IMG/VR virus record: IMGVR_UViG_3300029715_000189
DNA: 64,000 bases
Strand: one strand, 5' to 3'
From: a virus
Lineage: Duplodnaviria; Heunggongvirae; Uroviricota; Caudoviricetes
Position 1 is the stretch's first letter. Every line of letters starts with the position of its first letter. Positions 12,101-19,452 of the stretch are shown here, in pieces. Under the pieces are notes generated by a model. The model worked only from the letters and a program-made list of their open reading frames with translations, was not told the origin of the DNA and searched no databases. Both the position numbers and the translations under genes were made by a program.

Positions 12101-12804
12101 CCGGCATAACCTCTATCCCGGAAGGAGAAGAGGTTTATGTAGAGGGAGATGAGGTTAATAGTATTATGACCGATATGGAATCAAGGTATGGTATAGACAC
12201 CATCAATCACTCGCATACGGCTAAGGCTATAAGGGACCTTAACGGCGTATCAGGTTATAAAGTAGAATACGGCTCAACCTTTTTGACATACGATCCTTTT
12301 ATTAGAATATCCAATCTAAGGAAAGGATCTAAGGCTGCGAAAGACGAACCTCGTATATCCGAAGAGTCGCTTACTCACATATCAAGGGTGACAACCCCTT
12401 ATTTCCTGTACGGCGGCGATGAAGCATATACATCTGTTCCGGCTAAGGTAGAACCTATACCGGAGAAGATAATGGGTCGTAATGGCATTAAATTTGGTAT
12501 GAGTGTAGTCGAGTTAACCAAATTAGGGTACAAAAAAGCTGGTGGAAACTGGATATATAAATTCTATATGAACTCAGGTGTGTATGATTTGTATAATATC
12601 AGTACCGGTGAAGCGTTTAGGGCAAAACCGGATCTTGGAGTTAAGATAAGTTCCAGCGCATTCATCCGTTCTTTATCTCAATCTGGTAGGAAAATACAAA
12701 ATATGATTAGTAATATGAGCCAGGAAGAGATAGATAGGAATAAGAATCTTGTAGAAGGTTCTGATAATTCGGATTCGATAAATGAGTTAAATAAGGAGTG
12801 TTGA
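6160..12804 (+). CDS. Giant protein of 2214 aa. The N-terminal region has Gly-zipper-like hydrophobic segments (GGLGVGSLGNIGAKLGGRIGAKLAA), and there are long acidic and coiled-coil stretches. Putative ejected or internal virion protein. A crAss-like virion RNA polymerase role was not confirmed.
   Basis: A 6.6 kb ORF with no internal stops. Its size class matches the giant proteins of crAss-like podophages. No DxDGD-type RNA polymerase motif was found. Confidence 0.85.
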   Translation: MADNNIDRYNPAAKTTYEDVARQRKLAEEENYTPATLPETTTPLVPNYMPGEGVYAQPEFPDYASRIAAAEYEEPYIAKEISNSYSEALARNSYRGATPAAPPLNPYGPKVSIRESHQMGNDGVWRTKYPNYIPGINNEDYYARRQSGRSKFWNGVGKFALKSVLYGAEGVVSLPDKLINMASEGSYKAALNTDLDKFVGDLDRRIDMLLPHYYKKEVEDYNFCQKLFKDTGNFLWNDVLGNGMSFTVGAMISAYITGGLGVGSLGNIGAKLGGRIGAKLAARQAANRGIGNLKSVFNNYVRKGVATGRNVGEAAKTMTLLATSAGFESSVEANSFMKQSESDFKDYYRKIYGRDPNVEEMAVFRNSNADAGSAIFAANMGIVGLSNWLLFGKYIGLGGKAIPGLEKKLNKHLFGLGTEVAKPGEMAIKITNPNIGQEIAGNVFNIMKRPVSEGLWEEGSQGAVQNAAEEYVKSRYDNVAMNGAVDVLDAISEGFKKQYTSKEGWTEIGIGAIIGSLFGMREGFFGVKEYSNSQILLERQVNEYNKASSNLNTAALNTLKKSMSLGPQVRSDAQSMTDKELDDAMFEKMSIDNQMGTLEDSAENFRQMIDMMPISEIAEANGMSLEEAKKYKDSIIDNYNNRLSDFRSAQSFAEDLIGDDSKIEFRKYVARNVFLGLQSESRMKDIASVIETLSGQPRVADALSTFSRLSDRARERAMAIRGIRSRIEELESEIEDLATRPRNVDGKNPQAEYIQRKTKELESLRTNYNNSLSELSTLIGKEFSIEELVSKTESVLSSPLSPISSQDVIEAYDTLVAFDDYFNVKSRQEKKFTAKDKAMRSLVNEYRRSLMDYRNMNNFLSKMLDKRFLAEENRGFSKALSSLWSTPYKGDDKVPDFAESNKVGKYDTDEVVDQAVSEGKISEDEAWTIKAFMHALDKVREDRMKEAEDDIKESPLTESVSDEDYEAAMDNPIMVPAVRQSIIDKLYTGNADLLTEREKDVYDKYKQDFDDYVSSLGDSPVNLIKSLSEKADRLTSPRSVYEDNKAIIDMAKSNLEPDQRKELDDAISSYVDIMNRRDKGEKVDEDKLADSVFTIEDLGQVGNITDLLPYIEQNRIIDKGRISESTLSNFGEDDANIDSLVNELDESDNTPGANIDSAQNPETLMVRRISNDGNERYEIAGLRADKFISSIKSLVPIQISSETNANGTKRYSLNIGGETATIIELPYHARWSIDKESARVLNRYTDVSIQDVGNSYSLVYKRLDSDELVPYRTGVGFGENEVDKIDQEALSSLKKGDKVNLEIDVNDTYNQSLFAEYNDAVQSGDKKRIESAENKLVSNMVIKVMSGNRFVSVVKADTGGIDGISKIRRTAFNKWKKDAGRSATIGVGTHVVAQTLPGRPVFNMKVNGQGYGQVENLPITEKGAEKISDVGYVLNGKVVLKNGSKYTGFPFAYSILNDKGNNYKNVRVPVVVIKGKNGLNYLFPVSLRSVESEEGQKWMSFIDMLLESGDSELLQMGQDDIQDLNAYLTKLGLDPASYQVSYLNPISGLRKAREAIEKLSTVPDVVKWVEDESRNVKDIVTSEVESGIDFEGEMFVAPKIRIQFGKSSSRPKSLIEDDLPFSDEGKTVTSKVEDVEVYEEEMPEEGAARETQPAPLAQPAPAAQATQSLPGKKRTSRKNFSLMLNEIESHIEKEGLPSYANIFDFIARKIVGGDLRFLRERGNPKSLKEEMGLEPKGTVGDKISTPSSKGGKILEEYVSWLRSQTDQVVVDYVGPRSDEQIISELKNFLKYINFVPSKALNYSLRVNGMDTLKEYGTKEEVEKMESDINSLVSKVLPTVDNKTVEDVSTAIKSNNLPAIWEPVESLDMTNEEKIEFLNNVADFLSGIPEHDAVVESIESESDNILNDGKEGSAEGGAVRTEEDGDKKGDGEGKGQSRTNVEVERNVELPGSEEGRVDNYRKNGDKFSDIAEVTLWLLRRAAGITSIPEGEEVYVEGDEVNSIMTDMESRYGIDTINHSHTAKAIRDLNGVSGYKVEYGSTFLTYDPFIRISNLRKGSKAAKDEPRISEESLTHISRVTTPYFLYGGDEAYTSVPAKVEPIPEKIMGRNGIKFGMSVVELTKLGYKKAGGNWIYKFYMNSGVYDLYNISTGEAFRAKPDLGVKISSSAFIRSLSQSGRKIQNMISNMSQEEIDRNKNLVEGSDNSDSINELNKEC

Positions 12805-12806
12805 GT

Positions 12807-13337
12807 ATGAGAAGGAGATTTTTTAATGCTGCGGATAATTTTATGGGAGGATGTTATAATAAGTTATCTAATGAAGATATAAAAAGGCTTGGAGGAAAAA
12901 GACCTTATGTATGTCAGTTTAATAAAATTCATATACATATAGGGCCTGTATTAAAAGATCATGATTCCGATGTTAGTTACATAATGTTTGATAGTGATTG
13001 GAATTATGGTGGTTATGAATCTATGGTTTATCATCATAGCAATAATGGTATTTTTATATTAGGTGAAAACAAAATTGGTAACATAGAAGATCATATGCAA
13101 GATCTAACATATTGGTACGAATATGATCCAAGCATTAATGAAAATTATTGTTATTTTTATTATGAGGCTAATAACAGCGGAAATGCTATCAAGTTGAATG
13201 GTGAGTTTAGTAGTACCAGTACTGTTTTCAACATTCCCAGCTTGGAAGTCACCACTCTTCGTGATGGCAGTTTGAGTTTTCCGGAGATTTATATAGAAGG
13301 AGTTTGGGATCCGTCATTGTATAAGTCGGTTTTATAA
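12807..13337 (+). CDS. Small protein (about 176 aa) with an N-terminal MRRRFF motif, one of three MRRRF-family paralogs. Function unknown.
   Basis: AAGGAG lies 8 nt upstream of ATG 12807 (the track ORF 12798 starts at GTG). Genes A and B at 29.2-30.6 kb share the MRRRF N-terminus. Confidence 0.7.
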   Translation: MRRRFFNAADNFMGGCYNKLSNEDIKRLGGKRPYVCQFNKIHIHIGPVLKDHDSDVSYIMFDSDWNYGGYESMVYHHSNNGIFILGENKIGNIEDHMQDLTYWYEYDPSINENYCYFYYEANNSGNAIKLNGEFSSTSTVFNIPSLEVTTLRDGSLSFPEIYIEGVWDPSLYKSVL

Positions 13338-13362
13338 TTAACTTTGCAAAAAAGTTAATTAT
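13334..13362. repeat. Perfect inverted repeat with 12 bp arms (ATAATTAACTTT gcaaa AAAGTTAATTAT) that overlaps the stop of the preceding gene, 107 bp upstream of TnpB#1.
   Basis: Read directly from the sequence. It could be a terminator-like hairpin or a subterminal IS-end hairpin. There is no U-tract. Confidence 0.5.
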
Positions 13363-13468
13363 TATGATGCAAAATAATATCAAAAATAATTAATTCTATT
13401 TCATAATCCAAATGAAATATGTGTCTTAGATACATGGTTTGTAAATAGCATTTAATGTATTAAAAATA

Positions 13469-14701
13469 ATGAGATTAGTATATAAGTTCAACATAGGGCA
13501 AAATGAAAATATATCATCTTTGTGCAAGATTAGCAACAACTTGTACAACCAAGCATTGTATATTTTCAGAGAAACACTTTCTAAAGAAGATAAGTGGTTA
13601 TCCTATTTTGAACTTGATGATATCATGAAGAATACCAAGAACTTAGATGGAGACATTAATTACAGATTACTAAAGGCGCAATGTTCTCAACAAGTTCTTC
13701 GTATTCTTGATAAAAATATTAAAAGTTATTACAAATCGGTCCAAGATTACAAAAAACATCCAACTAAGTATAAAGAAAAACCTGGTCTTCCAAATTACAA
13801 AAAGAGAGGTTATGAGTTCAATTTGTATTACACGAGTCAGAGTTGCAAAATAAAAGATGGGAAAATAATCCTATCAAAAGATATTTCAATACCCATTCCT
13901 CAATATGAGAAGTATTCTGATTTGATAAAAGATTTCAAACAGATTAGAATAAAACCATTAGCATGTGGATATAAAATAGAAATCATTTATGAGGTAAAAG
14001 ATGCTGAAGTATCTAAAGGTAGAGAAGAGAAGATTGCTTCAATCGATTTAGGGATTGATAATCTTGCAACTCTTATCAGTGAAGATTTTACTGTTCTATT
14101 TAGTGGTAAATTTGTTAAATCATACAATAAGCTATTCAATAAGACATTAGCCAAATTAAATAGTATCAAAGATTTACAAAAGATAAAAGGAACAACAAGA
14201 CGAATAAAGAAATTATATTATGATAGAGAACAGTACATAGAAGATGTCTTTCATAAAATCAGTGGAAAGATAGTTAATTTACTTATCGATTCCAAGATAA
14301 CAAAATTAATTGTAGGCTACAACAAGGGATGGAAACAAAATGTAAATATAGGTAAAAAGAATAATCGAAAGTTTACCCAAATCCCTTTTGCGAGATTGGT
14401 GAGTTACTTAGAATATAAATGTGAATTATCTGGTATTGAAATAGTTATTCATGAAGAGTCATATACTTCAAAATGTGATTCATTAGCATTTGAGAAGATA
14501 GGAAAACATGAAAACTATTTAGGAAAGAGGAAGAACCGAGGATTGTTTCAATCCTCGGTAGGAAAACTCATAAATGCAGACGTAAATGGAGCATTAAACA
14601 TTATGAGAAAAGTAGTCGGTGATTCCTGTGAATCAATTCGTAGGATAATCGATAGAGGGTTATTGTTTAACCCGGTGAGGATTACGAATGTATTTTGTTA
14701 A
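13469..14701 (+). CDS. tnpB: TnpB-like RuvC nuclease (IS200/IS605 OrfB / IS1341 type) of 410 aa. The RuvC triad is intact but the canonical CxxC...CxxC zinc finger is missing. No tnpA lies adjacent.
   Basis: The N-terminus YKFNIGQNE...LYNQAL matches the TnpB N-terminal pattern. RuvC-I is SIDLGIDN, RuvC-II is IVIHEESYTSKC, RuvC-III is INADVNGALNI. The ZF segment is replaced by a Cys-free stretch (DSLAFEKIGKHENYLGKRKNRGLFQSSVGK). Confidence 0.85.
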   Translation: MRLVYKFNIGQNENISSLCKISNNLYNQALYIFRETLSKEDKWLSYFELDDIMKNTKNLDGDINYRLLKAQCSQQVLRILDKNIKSYYKSVQDYKKHPTKYKEKPGLPNYKKRGYEFNLYYTSQSCKIKDGKIILSKDISIPIPQYEKYSDLIKDFKQIRIKPLACGYKIEIIYEVKDAEVSKGREEKIASIDLGIDNLATLISEDFTVLFSGKFVKSYNKLFNKTLAKLNSIKDLQKIKGTTRRIKKLYYDREQYIEDVFHKISGKIVNLLIDSKITKLIVGYNKGWKQNVNIGKKNNRKFTQIPFARLVSYLEYKCELSGIEIVIHEESYTSKCDSLAFEKIGKHENYLGKRKNRGLFQSSVGKLINADVNGALNIMRKVVGDSCESIRRIIDRGLLFNPVRITNVFC

Positions 14702-14767
14702 GAAGGTGCATTCTGAAACTTATAAAGAAATGTAATAAGTTTTATTGAATTTAATATTTTTCATAAC

Positions 14768-17026
14768 ATGGGTGTCAAATGTCAGATAGAAAAAAAGGAA
14801 AATGAAATAAAACGGGTTAAGGCTCCTAACGGGGAGCCTTCCGTTCTTTACGAAAGTGCTTTAAAAGTATTAGGAAACAGCGAGCGGGCTCTTCAGGTAT
14901 GGGCTAAGGCTTACACTCCTGGTTTTTTGTCGTATTACGGTCATTGGAATAACCCGGCTCCAGGGGAGATGTTTAACACCGATCCCAATGGCGAACCTCT
15001 TTTAGAAGATGTGCTGTCGTATATGAAGCGTCAGACTTATTTTGCTGATCCTTTAACGGCTCAGGATGTTAAGGATGTAAGGGATTTCCTTTTGTCTACT
15101 CATTATTTTTTCAATGCGTCTTCATTGTCTAATGCTATTCTCTTCGATTTTTATGTAGATGGCAGTTTGATACTGAATGAGCAGAAATTAAGGAGATCCG
15201 GTTTGTATGATGAAACAGAAATAAGTCGTATTTTATCCGATCCTTCTGTTTTAAACGAGGTTTCGACTTCCATGAGAAAGTTAATAGATTCTTCTATTAA
15301 CGAACATGATAGGGAAAAAGATAATTATTTTATGTCTATTGACTATCAGTATGGTCCTATTGTTTACAAGGAGGGAGTGTTTAACCAATTTGGTAAAAAA
15401 GTACCATATAATCCTTCTGAGCTTTATTATGCTATGCGTAAAACAGTAGCCGGCATAAAGAACTTTTCTGAATTTTCATCTGCTTTTGAATCGTTGAGAA
15501 ATTCATATCCTGAACTGGTTGAGAAATTCGTTTCTGATAAAGAATTTGCCGAATCTATGTTTGATGAGTTCTCATCTACGAATAAGATTCCGGTAATAAA
15601 CATAGAAGGGGATGATGTGGTGGAAGGCAAGAGAAGATCTTTGTCTAAGCTACAAGATCTTTCTTATTACAATCCTGGCAAAATAGAGTTCCTAAGAGCT
15701 CGTATATCAGCTTATTTACATAGGGTTAATGCCGACACCGAATCCGATTTAAGAAGCATGATATGGGATATAGAAGAGGCTTGTACGTGGTTTGGCATAG
15801 ATATAATAGGGACATCGGAAACTTATGATGGCACAGAAGAATCTTTGAATAAGATAGATAATTTGATGCTGGATCTTGATATTTATGTGGCCAGGCATAA
15901 TGATGTAAATTATGCTCCAACGCTGGCATCTTCTATAGATGATGTTCTTGGTGATAGTACAGACTATTATTTTGGATTATTGCCGGAGTATATGGATAAT
16001 TTGAATATCGTTTATTCTGAATCCGATATAGACCCAGTAGAAGCATTTGAGAAACATTCATTGCTTAAGGTAGGAGATAATCTATATCAAAGGATCAGCA
16101 AAGATGATCTTAACGAGATGTATCAAATATCAACAGTATTAGCCAAGCACAACCTAACTCATTTTTCTACTAAAATATATCCTGAATCTTGTTTTAAGAA
16201 CGGCGTTTTGGATAAAGAGAAAGTACGGAATGTAGATAACAATACGCTCATGGATTCCATTAAAAAATACGTCAGATCGTTCATGGATTCTCAGAACACG
16301 GAGGACATGATAATGACCAGGATGGCGTTTGGTCACCCGGCGGTACTTGACGTTCCTTACGTGGATGTGGATCGGGAGTATAGTCGATACATGAACAAAA
16401 AACAAGATAGCGAAAACCCATTATCCTTATTCGATTTATACCAATCTTACCTTGACAACAAACTCCATAAAACAAAATTATATGATAATGCCTATAAGTA
16501 TCTTGACTTTAAACCTGGTCCATCTTTGGGCCTTATTTCTGATGATCCTGATATTTTGAAATCAATAGAATTATCTTTATCTGGAAAAGACAGGTTGATG
16601 TTGTTTGATTATAGCATGACCAGTACCGACCCTTCTTTATCAGAATTGTTTTATTTGGAGAAGTATGACCCTTCGTATGCCGGGAATGATTTTGAACACT
16701 ATTTTTACACCAGGCACCCGTATTTGTTAAAAGAAAAATCGGGCCCTAATATCGTAGAGCAAGATGGTGTTATAACAGCCGAAGGTATTTATGATAATTT
16801 TATAAGAGTAGGTAATAAGATATGGTCTAAAGTAAGCGAGAGTAGTTCTGGCTCTATCTACCAAAATCTGACAGGAACCGAATCAGAGGTGAAATACGAT
16901 TCTACTCAGAAGGCTAAGACGGTAGAAACCGATTACGCTCCATACCAAAACAGATCTGGCTTGACGCAAGACATGACCGTAAGCAAGCCTGAATTGGATG
17001 ATCTTAATAAATTGGAATGCAGGTAA
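14768..17026 (+). CDS. Hypothetical protein of 752 aa with acidic, Asp/Tyr-rich composition. No recognisable domain.
   Basis: A long ORF immediately downstream of TnpB#1. A terminator hairpin follows at 17073-17101. Confidence 0.8.
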   Translation: MGVKCQIEKKENEIKRVKAPNGEPSVLYESALKVLGNSERALQVWAKAYTPGFLSYYGHWNNPAPGEMFNTDPNGEPLLEDVLSYMKRQTYFADPLTAQDVKDVRDFLLSTHYFFNASSLSNAILFDFYVDGSLILNEQKLRRSGLYDETEISRILSDPSVLNEVSTSMRKLIDSSINEHDREKDNYFMSIDYQYGPIVYKEGVFNQFGKKVPYNPSELYYAMRKTVAGIKNFSEFSSAFESLRNSYPELVEKFVSDKEFAESMFDEFSSTNKIPVINIEGDDVVEGKRRSLSKLQDLSYYNPGKIEFLRARISAYLHRVNADTESDLRSMIWDIEEACTWFGIDIIGTSETYDGTEESLNKIDNLMLDLDIYVARHNDVNYAPTLASSIDDVLGDSTDYYFGLLPEYMDNLNIVYSESDIDPVEAFEKHSLLKVGDNLYQRISKDDLNEMYQISTVLAKHNLTHFSTKIYPESCFKNGVLDKEKVRNVDNNTLMDSIKKYVRSFMDSQNTEDMIMTRMAFGHPAVLDVPYVDVDREYSRYMNKKQDSENPLSLFDLYQSYLDNKLHKTKLYDNAYKYLDFKPGPSLGLISDDPDILKSIELSLSGKDRLMLFDYSMTSTDPSLSELFYLEKYDPSYAGNDFEHYFYTRHPYLLKEKSGPNIVEQDGVITAEGIYDNFIRVGNKIWSKVSESSSGSIYQNLTGTESEVKYDSTQKAKTVETDYAPYQNRSGLTQDMTVSKPELDDLNKLECR

Positions 17027-17072
17027 TTTTTGTGTACATATATATAGTTTTTTCATAGTTATAATCTGGGAA

Positions 17073-17101
17073 GTGAGGCTTGTGAAAGTCTCACTTTTCT
17101 T
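17073..17101 (+). terminator. Putative rho-independent terminator (aGTGAGgcttgtgaaagtCTCACt followed by TTTTCT).
   Basis: A stem-loop plus T-run lies 47 nt after the stop of the 752-aa gene. Confidence 0.45.
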
Positions 17102-17522
17102 ATATATGTACGTATATCAATAACATACAAGAAAAGTTAGATTTTCATTGTTTATGAATTATTTTTGTTAAATTTGCGATATTAGTTTCAGGAAGGGATT
17201 ATAGAAATAGGAAAAAGTAAGAACCGGACGTAACTAATAACAGTAGGAAATGAGAATCAGTACCATCAAACGTAACAACAGCATTCATATTATGTATAAA
17301 AACATTATGAATGATTTAGGTCAATTAAGAACTGTAGTTTCAAAATCCTATATTTATAATCTGATACGAAATCAAACCGGATTAAGTATTAGAACTATAT
17401 CCCATGTACTTAACCATACCAAAGAATAGGATACAGATTCTTTGTGAAAAGCATACATTTTCATACATTTGTGTGTTCTTTAGTTTTTAGATTTAAGTTT
17501 TTCATGGTATTAGTTTAGAGAT

Positions 17523-17548
17523 CAGGGCTCGCAGTGATGCGGGCCCTG
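17523..17548 (+). other. Strong hairpin (CAGGGCtCGCAgtgaTGCGgGCCCTG) inside a 740 bp non-coding region. It may be regulatory or terminator-like.
   Basis: About 10 paired bases and GC-rich in an AT-rich context. Followed by GTTTGATTT. Confidence 0.4.
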
Positions 17549-17725
17549 GTTTGATTTACAGCGCTTTACCCAAAATAGGAAAAGCGAAAGTTGCTGATTA
17601 TCAAGTTTTCCCCTTAAATGGGAAAAATTACTCATTGTGTATTATTTTTCTATCTTTTCTGAAAATACTTCTCTTCTATAGGAAATAAACACACCCATAT
17701 TCCACCCTGCAATCATGATCTTTGT

Positions 17726-17744
17726 TACGTGCTTCATGCACGTA
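17726..17744. promoter_or_regulatory. Perfect palindrome TACGTGC-ttcat-GCACGTA, an operator-like site about 27 nt upstream of the ATG at 17771.
   Basis: 7 bp arms with a 5 bp spacer, read directly. Its position fits a repressor or activator site for the GC-rich islet. Confidence 0.35.
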
Positions 17745-17763
17745 TGTTTAACAATTAAATACT
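17744..17763 (+). repeat. 20-mer ATGTTTAACAATTAAATACT, repeated exactly at 57425-57444.
   Basis: An exact 20 bp match in two places. A chance match is unlikely. Both copies are in the same orientation although the local genes are on opposite strands. Confidence 0.6.
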
Positions 17764-17770
17764 ATAAATT

Positions 17771-17992
17771 ATGGGTGGTGATAAAATCGTCCTTTTAGAT
17801 GGAGCCGGGGCTAACGGCGGTGGTGCAGCAGCTACCAACGGTCTTCTTTCAATGATTCCCGGCATGTTTGCTAATTTGATAGGTGGTAATAAAATGGATC
17901 CGAATCTGGTGGCGGCTTTGATGAACGGTCGTAACAACCAGGACGGTTTCGGTGGGGCTAACGGATGTTGCAATAACAACGCTGCTGTCTGA
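17771..17992 (+). CDS. Small Gly/Asn-rich protein of 73 aa (MGGDKIVLLDGAGANGGGAAATNG...GCCNNNAAV). Function unknown.
   Basis: The ORF has markedly higher GC than its surroundings. It is the first gene of a compositionally distinct islet. Confidence 0.55.
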   Translation: MGGDKIVLLDGAGANGGGAAATNGLLSMIPGMFANLIGGNKMDPNLVAALMNGRNNQDGFGGANGCCNNNAAV

Positions 17993-18015
17993 TTTTATTA
18001 AGAAAGGAGGCTAAT

Positions 18016-18429
18016 ATGGCTTGTGTTTCTAAAATAGGATCGTTGTATGAGATGGTTACGAAGAATGTTATTGTCAGTACGACAAATACAGTCTTCGGTA
18101 TTAACCCACGGGCTTGGATCGCCCTTCCGTGTGAGGGTCTTATCCTTCTTAAGATAAGGCAAGTAGCCCCTACAGCCGGAAGTGCTCTACCGGTACAGAT
18201 TGCGGTCCCGGCAAACAGCACAGTTTCAACAGTAGGAGCCGACACCTGTTGCCCGGTTACGGGAGTGAATGTCGTGAACCCTGTTAACGTAGCTGTCACG
18301 GGTGCTGCTATGGTAAATGGCACAGAACGCCTTCTGTACTTCAATAAAGTTCGTGGCGTGTTAAGATTAATGGATTGCTGTGTTCCAGTAGCGGCAGCCC
18401 AGGCGTCTGAAGTTGAAGCAGGTAAATGA
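18016..18429 (+). CDS. Hypothetical protein of 137 aa, Val/Ala/Thr-rich with CC pairs. AGGAGG lies upstream.
   Basis: ORF with an AGGAGG Shine-Dalgarno (aagaaAGGAGGctaatATG). GC-rich islet. Confidence 0.6.
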   Translation: MACVSKIGSLYEMVTKNVIVSTTNTVFGINPRAWIALPCEGLILLKIRQVAPTAGSALPVQIAVPANSTVSTVGADTCCPVTGVNVVNPVNVAVTGAAMVNGTERLLYFNKVRGVLRLMDCCVPVAAAQASEVEAGK

Positions 18430-18479
18430 TTTCAGTAGGGTGATGAAGATCATCACCCTATTTTCACCTAACTAATATT

Positions 18480-18974
18480 TTGATCATGTTTTCAGATTTG
18501 AAGAAAGGGTTTCAGGTACATACCCTTGATACTAATACAGTACCTAAATACGAATTGGGAAAGGTAGTAGCCGTATCCGAACCCAGGTATCTTCCTCCTC
18601 AGCCAGGTCAGTATCAGGCGATGCAGACCCGCGTGGTGGATCTGACGGTAGAGCTCACTGGCGAAACCAAGACCTATACGGTCCCGGAATCCCAGAATGT
18701 GGCTAAGGCTATGGGCATAACATTATCTACCAGCATAGATCCGATTATGAACGAACTGAATGCCATAAAAAACACCAGTCAAGACATAATAGACAGCGTA
18801 GATGCCCATCGTGCCAAGATAGAGGCTTGTGAATCTATATTAGAAGATATCAATCCGGCATTCAAGCAAACGAGAGAGCAGGATCGTAAAATAGCTGGTA
18901 TAGAAAATAAGGTGAATGACCTTACTGATTCATTCGAAGATTTAAAGAAGTTAATTGTAGAACGTTTGAAATAA
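18480..18974 (+). CDS. Hypothetical protein of 164 aa with a coiled-coil C-terminus.
   Basis: ORF in the GC-rich islet. No domain recognised. Confidence 0.6.
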   Translation: MIMFSDLKKGFQVHTLDTNTVPKYELGKVVAVSEPRYLPPQPGQYQAMQTRVVDLTVELTGETKTYTVPESQNVAKAMGITLSTSIDPIMNELNAIKNTSQDIIDSVDAHRAKIEACESILEDINPAFKQTREQDRKIAGIENKVNDLTDSFEDLKKLIVERLK

Positions 18975-18981
18975 GTATAAT

Positions 18982-19359
18982 ATGATAGTATATGATTTAA
19001 ATTCAGGACACAGAGAATATCCTGGATATGACGAGATAGAAGACAGACGAGGTGGAGGCAGAGGCAGAAGCCGGCGTTCTGATGGGACGTACATGGAGTA
19101 CGGACATGGGTTCCTTCCTCCTTACGATCATTATGGTATGCATGAGAAGATGAAGGAAATGGAAGAACGCGAAAACGAGCTGGAAGAAAGGGAAAGAAGG
19201 CTCGAAGAGCGCGAACGTCGTCATGAAATGGAGGACCGGGAATACCGGAGGATGGGTTACGAATCCTACCCGACCGATTACTATGGAGACGACAGATACT
19301 ACGGTGACGGGCCTCAGATGCGCAGAGGTCGCGGACGTGGCAGAGGTCGTTCTTATTGA
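18982..19359 (+). CDS. RG/RGG-rich, Glu/Arg-repeat protein of 125 aa. It ends at a TGA that is in frame with the next ORF (19453-19746), so readthrough or a fusion is possible.
   Basis: RGRGRGRGRS and EERERRLEERERR low-complexity repeats are present. The frame stays open for 31 codons after the TGA up to ATG 19453. Confidence 0.6.
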   Translation: MIVYDLNSGHREYPGYDEIEDRRGGGRGRSRRSDGTYMEYGHGFLPPYDHYGMHEKMKEMEERENELEERERRLEERERRHEMEDREYRRMGYESYPTDYYGDDRYYGDGPQMRRGRGRGRGRSY

Positions 19360-19452
19360 GGAGCAGACGCAGAGGATCCAGCTTATCAGAAATATGTAGA
19401 TACTTACGGCTACCATTTTTCTAATGCTCTCGCTGATGAGGCGGTAAAGAAG

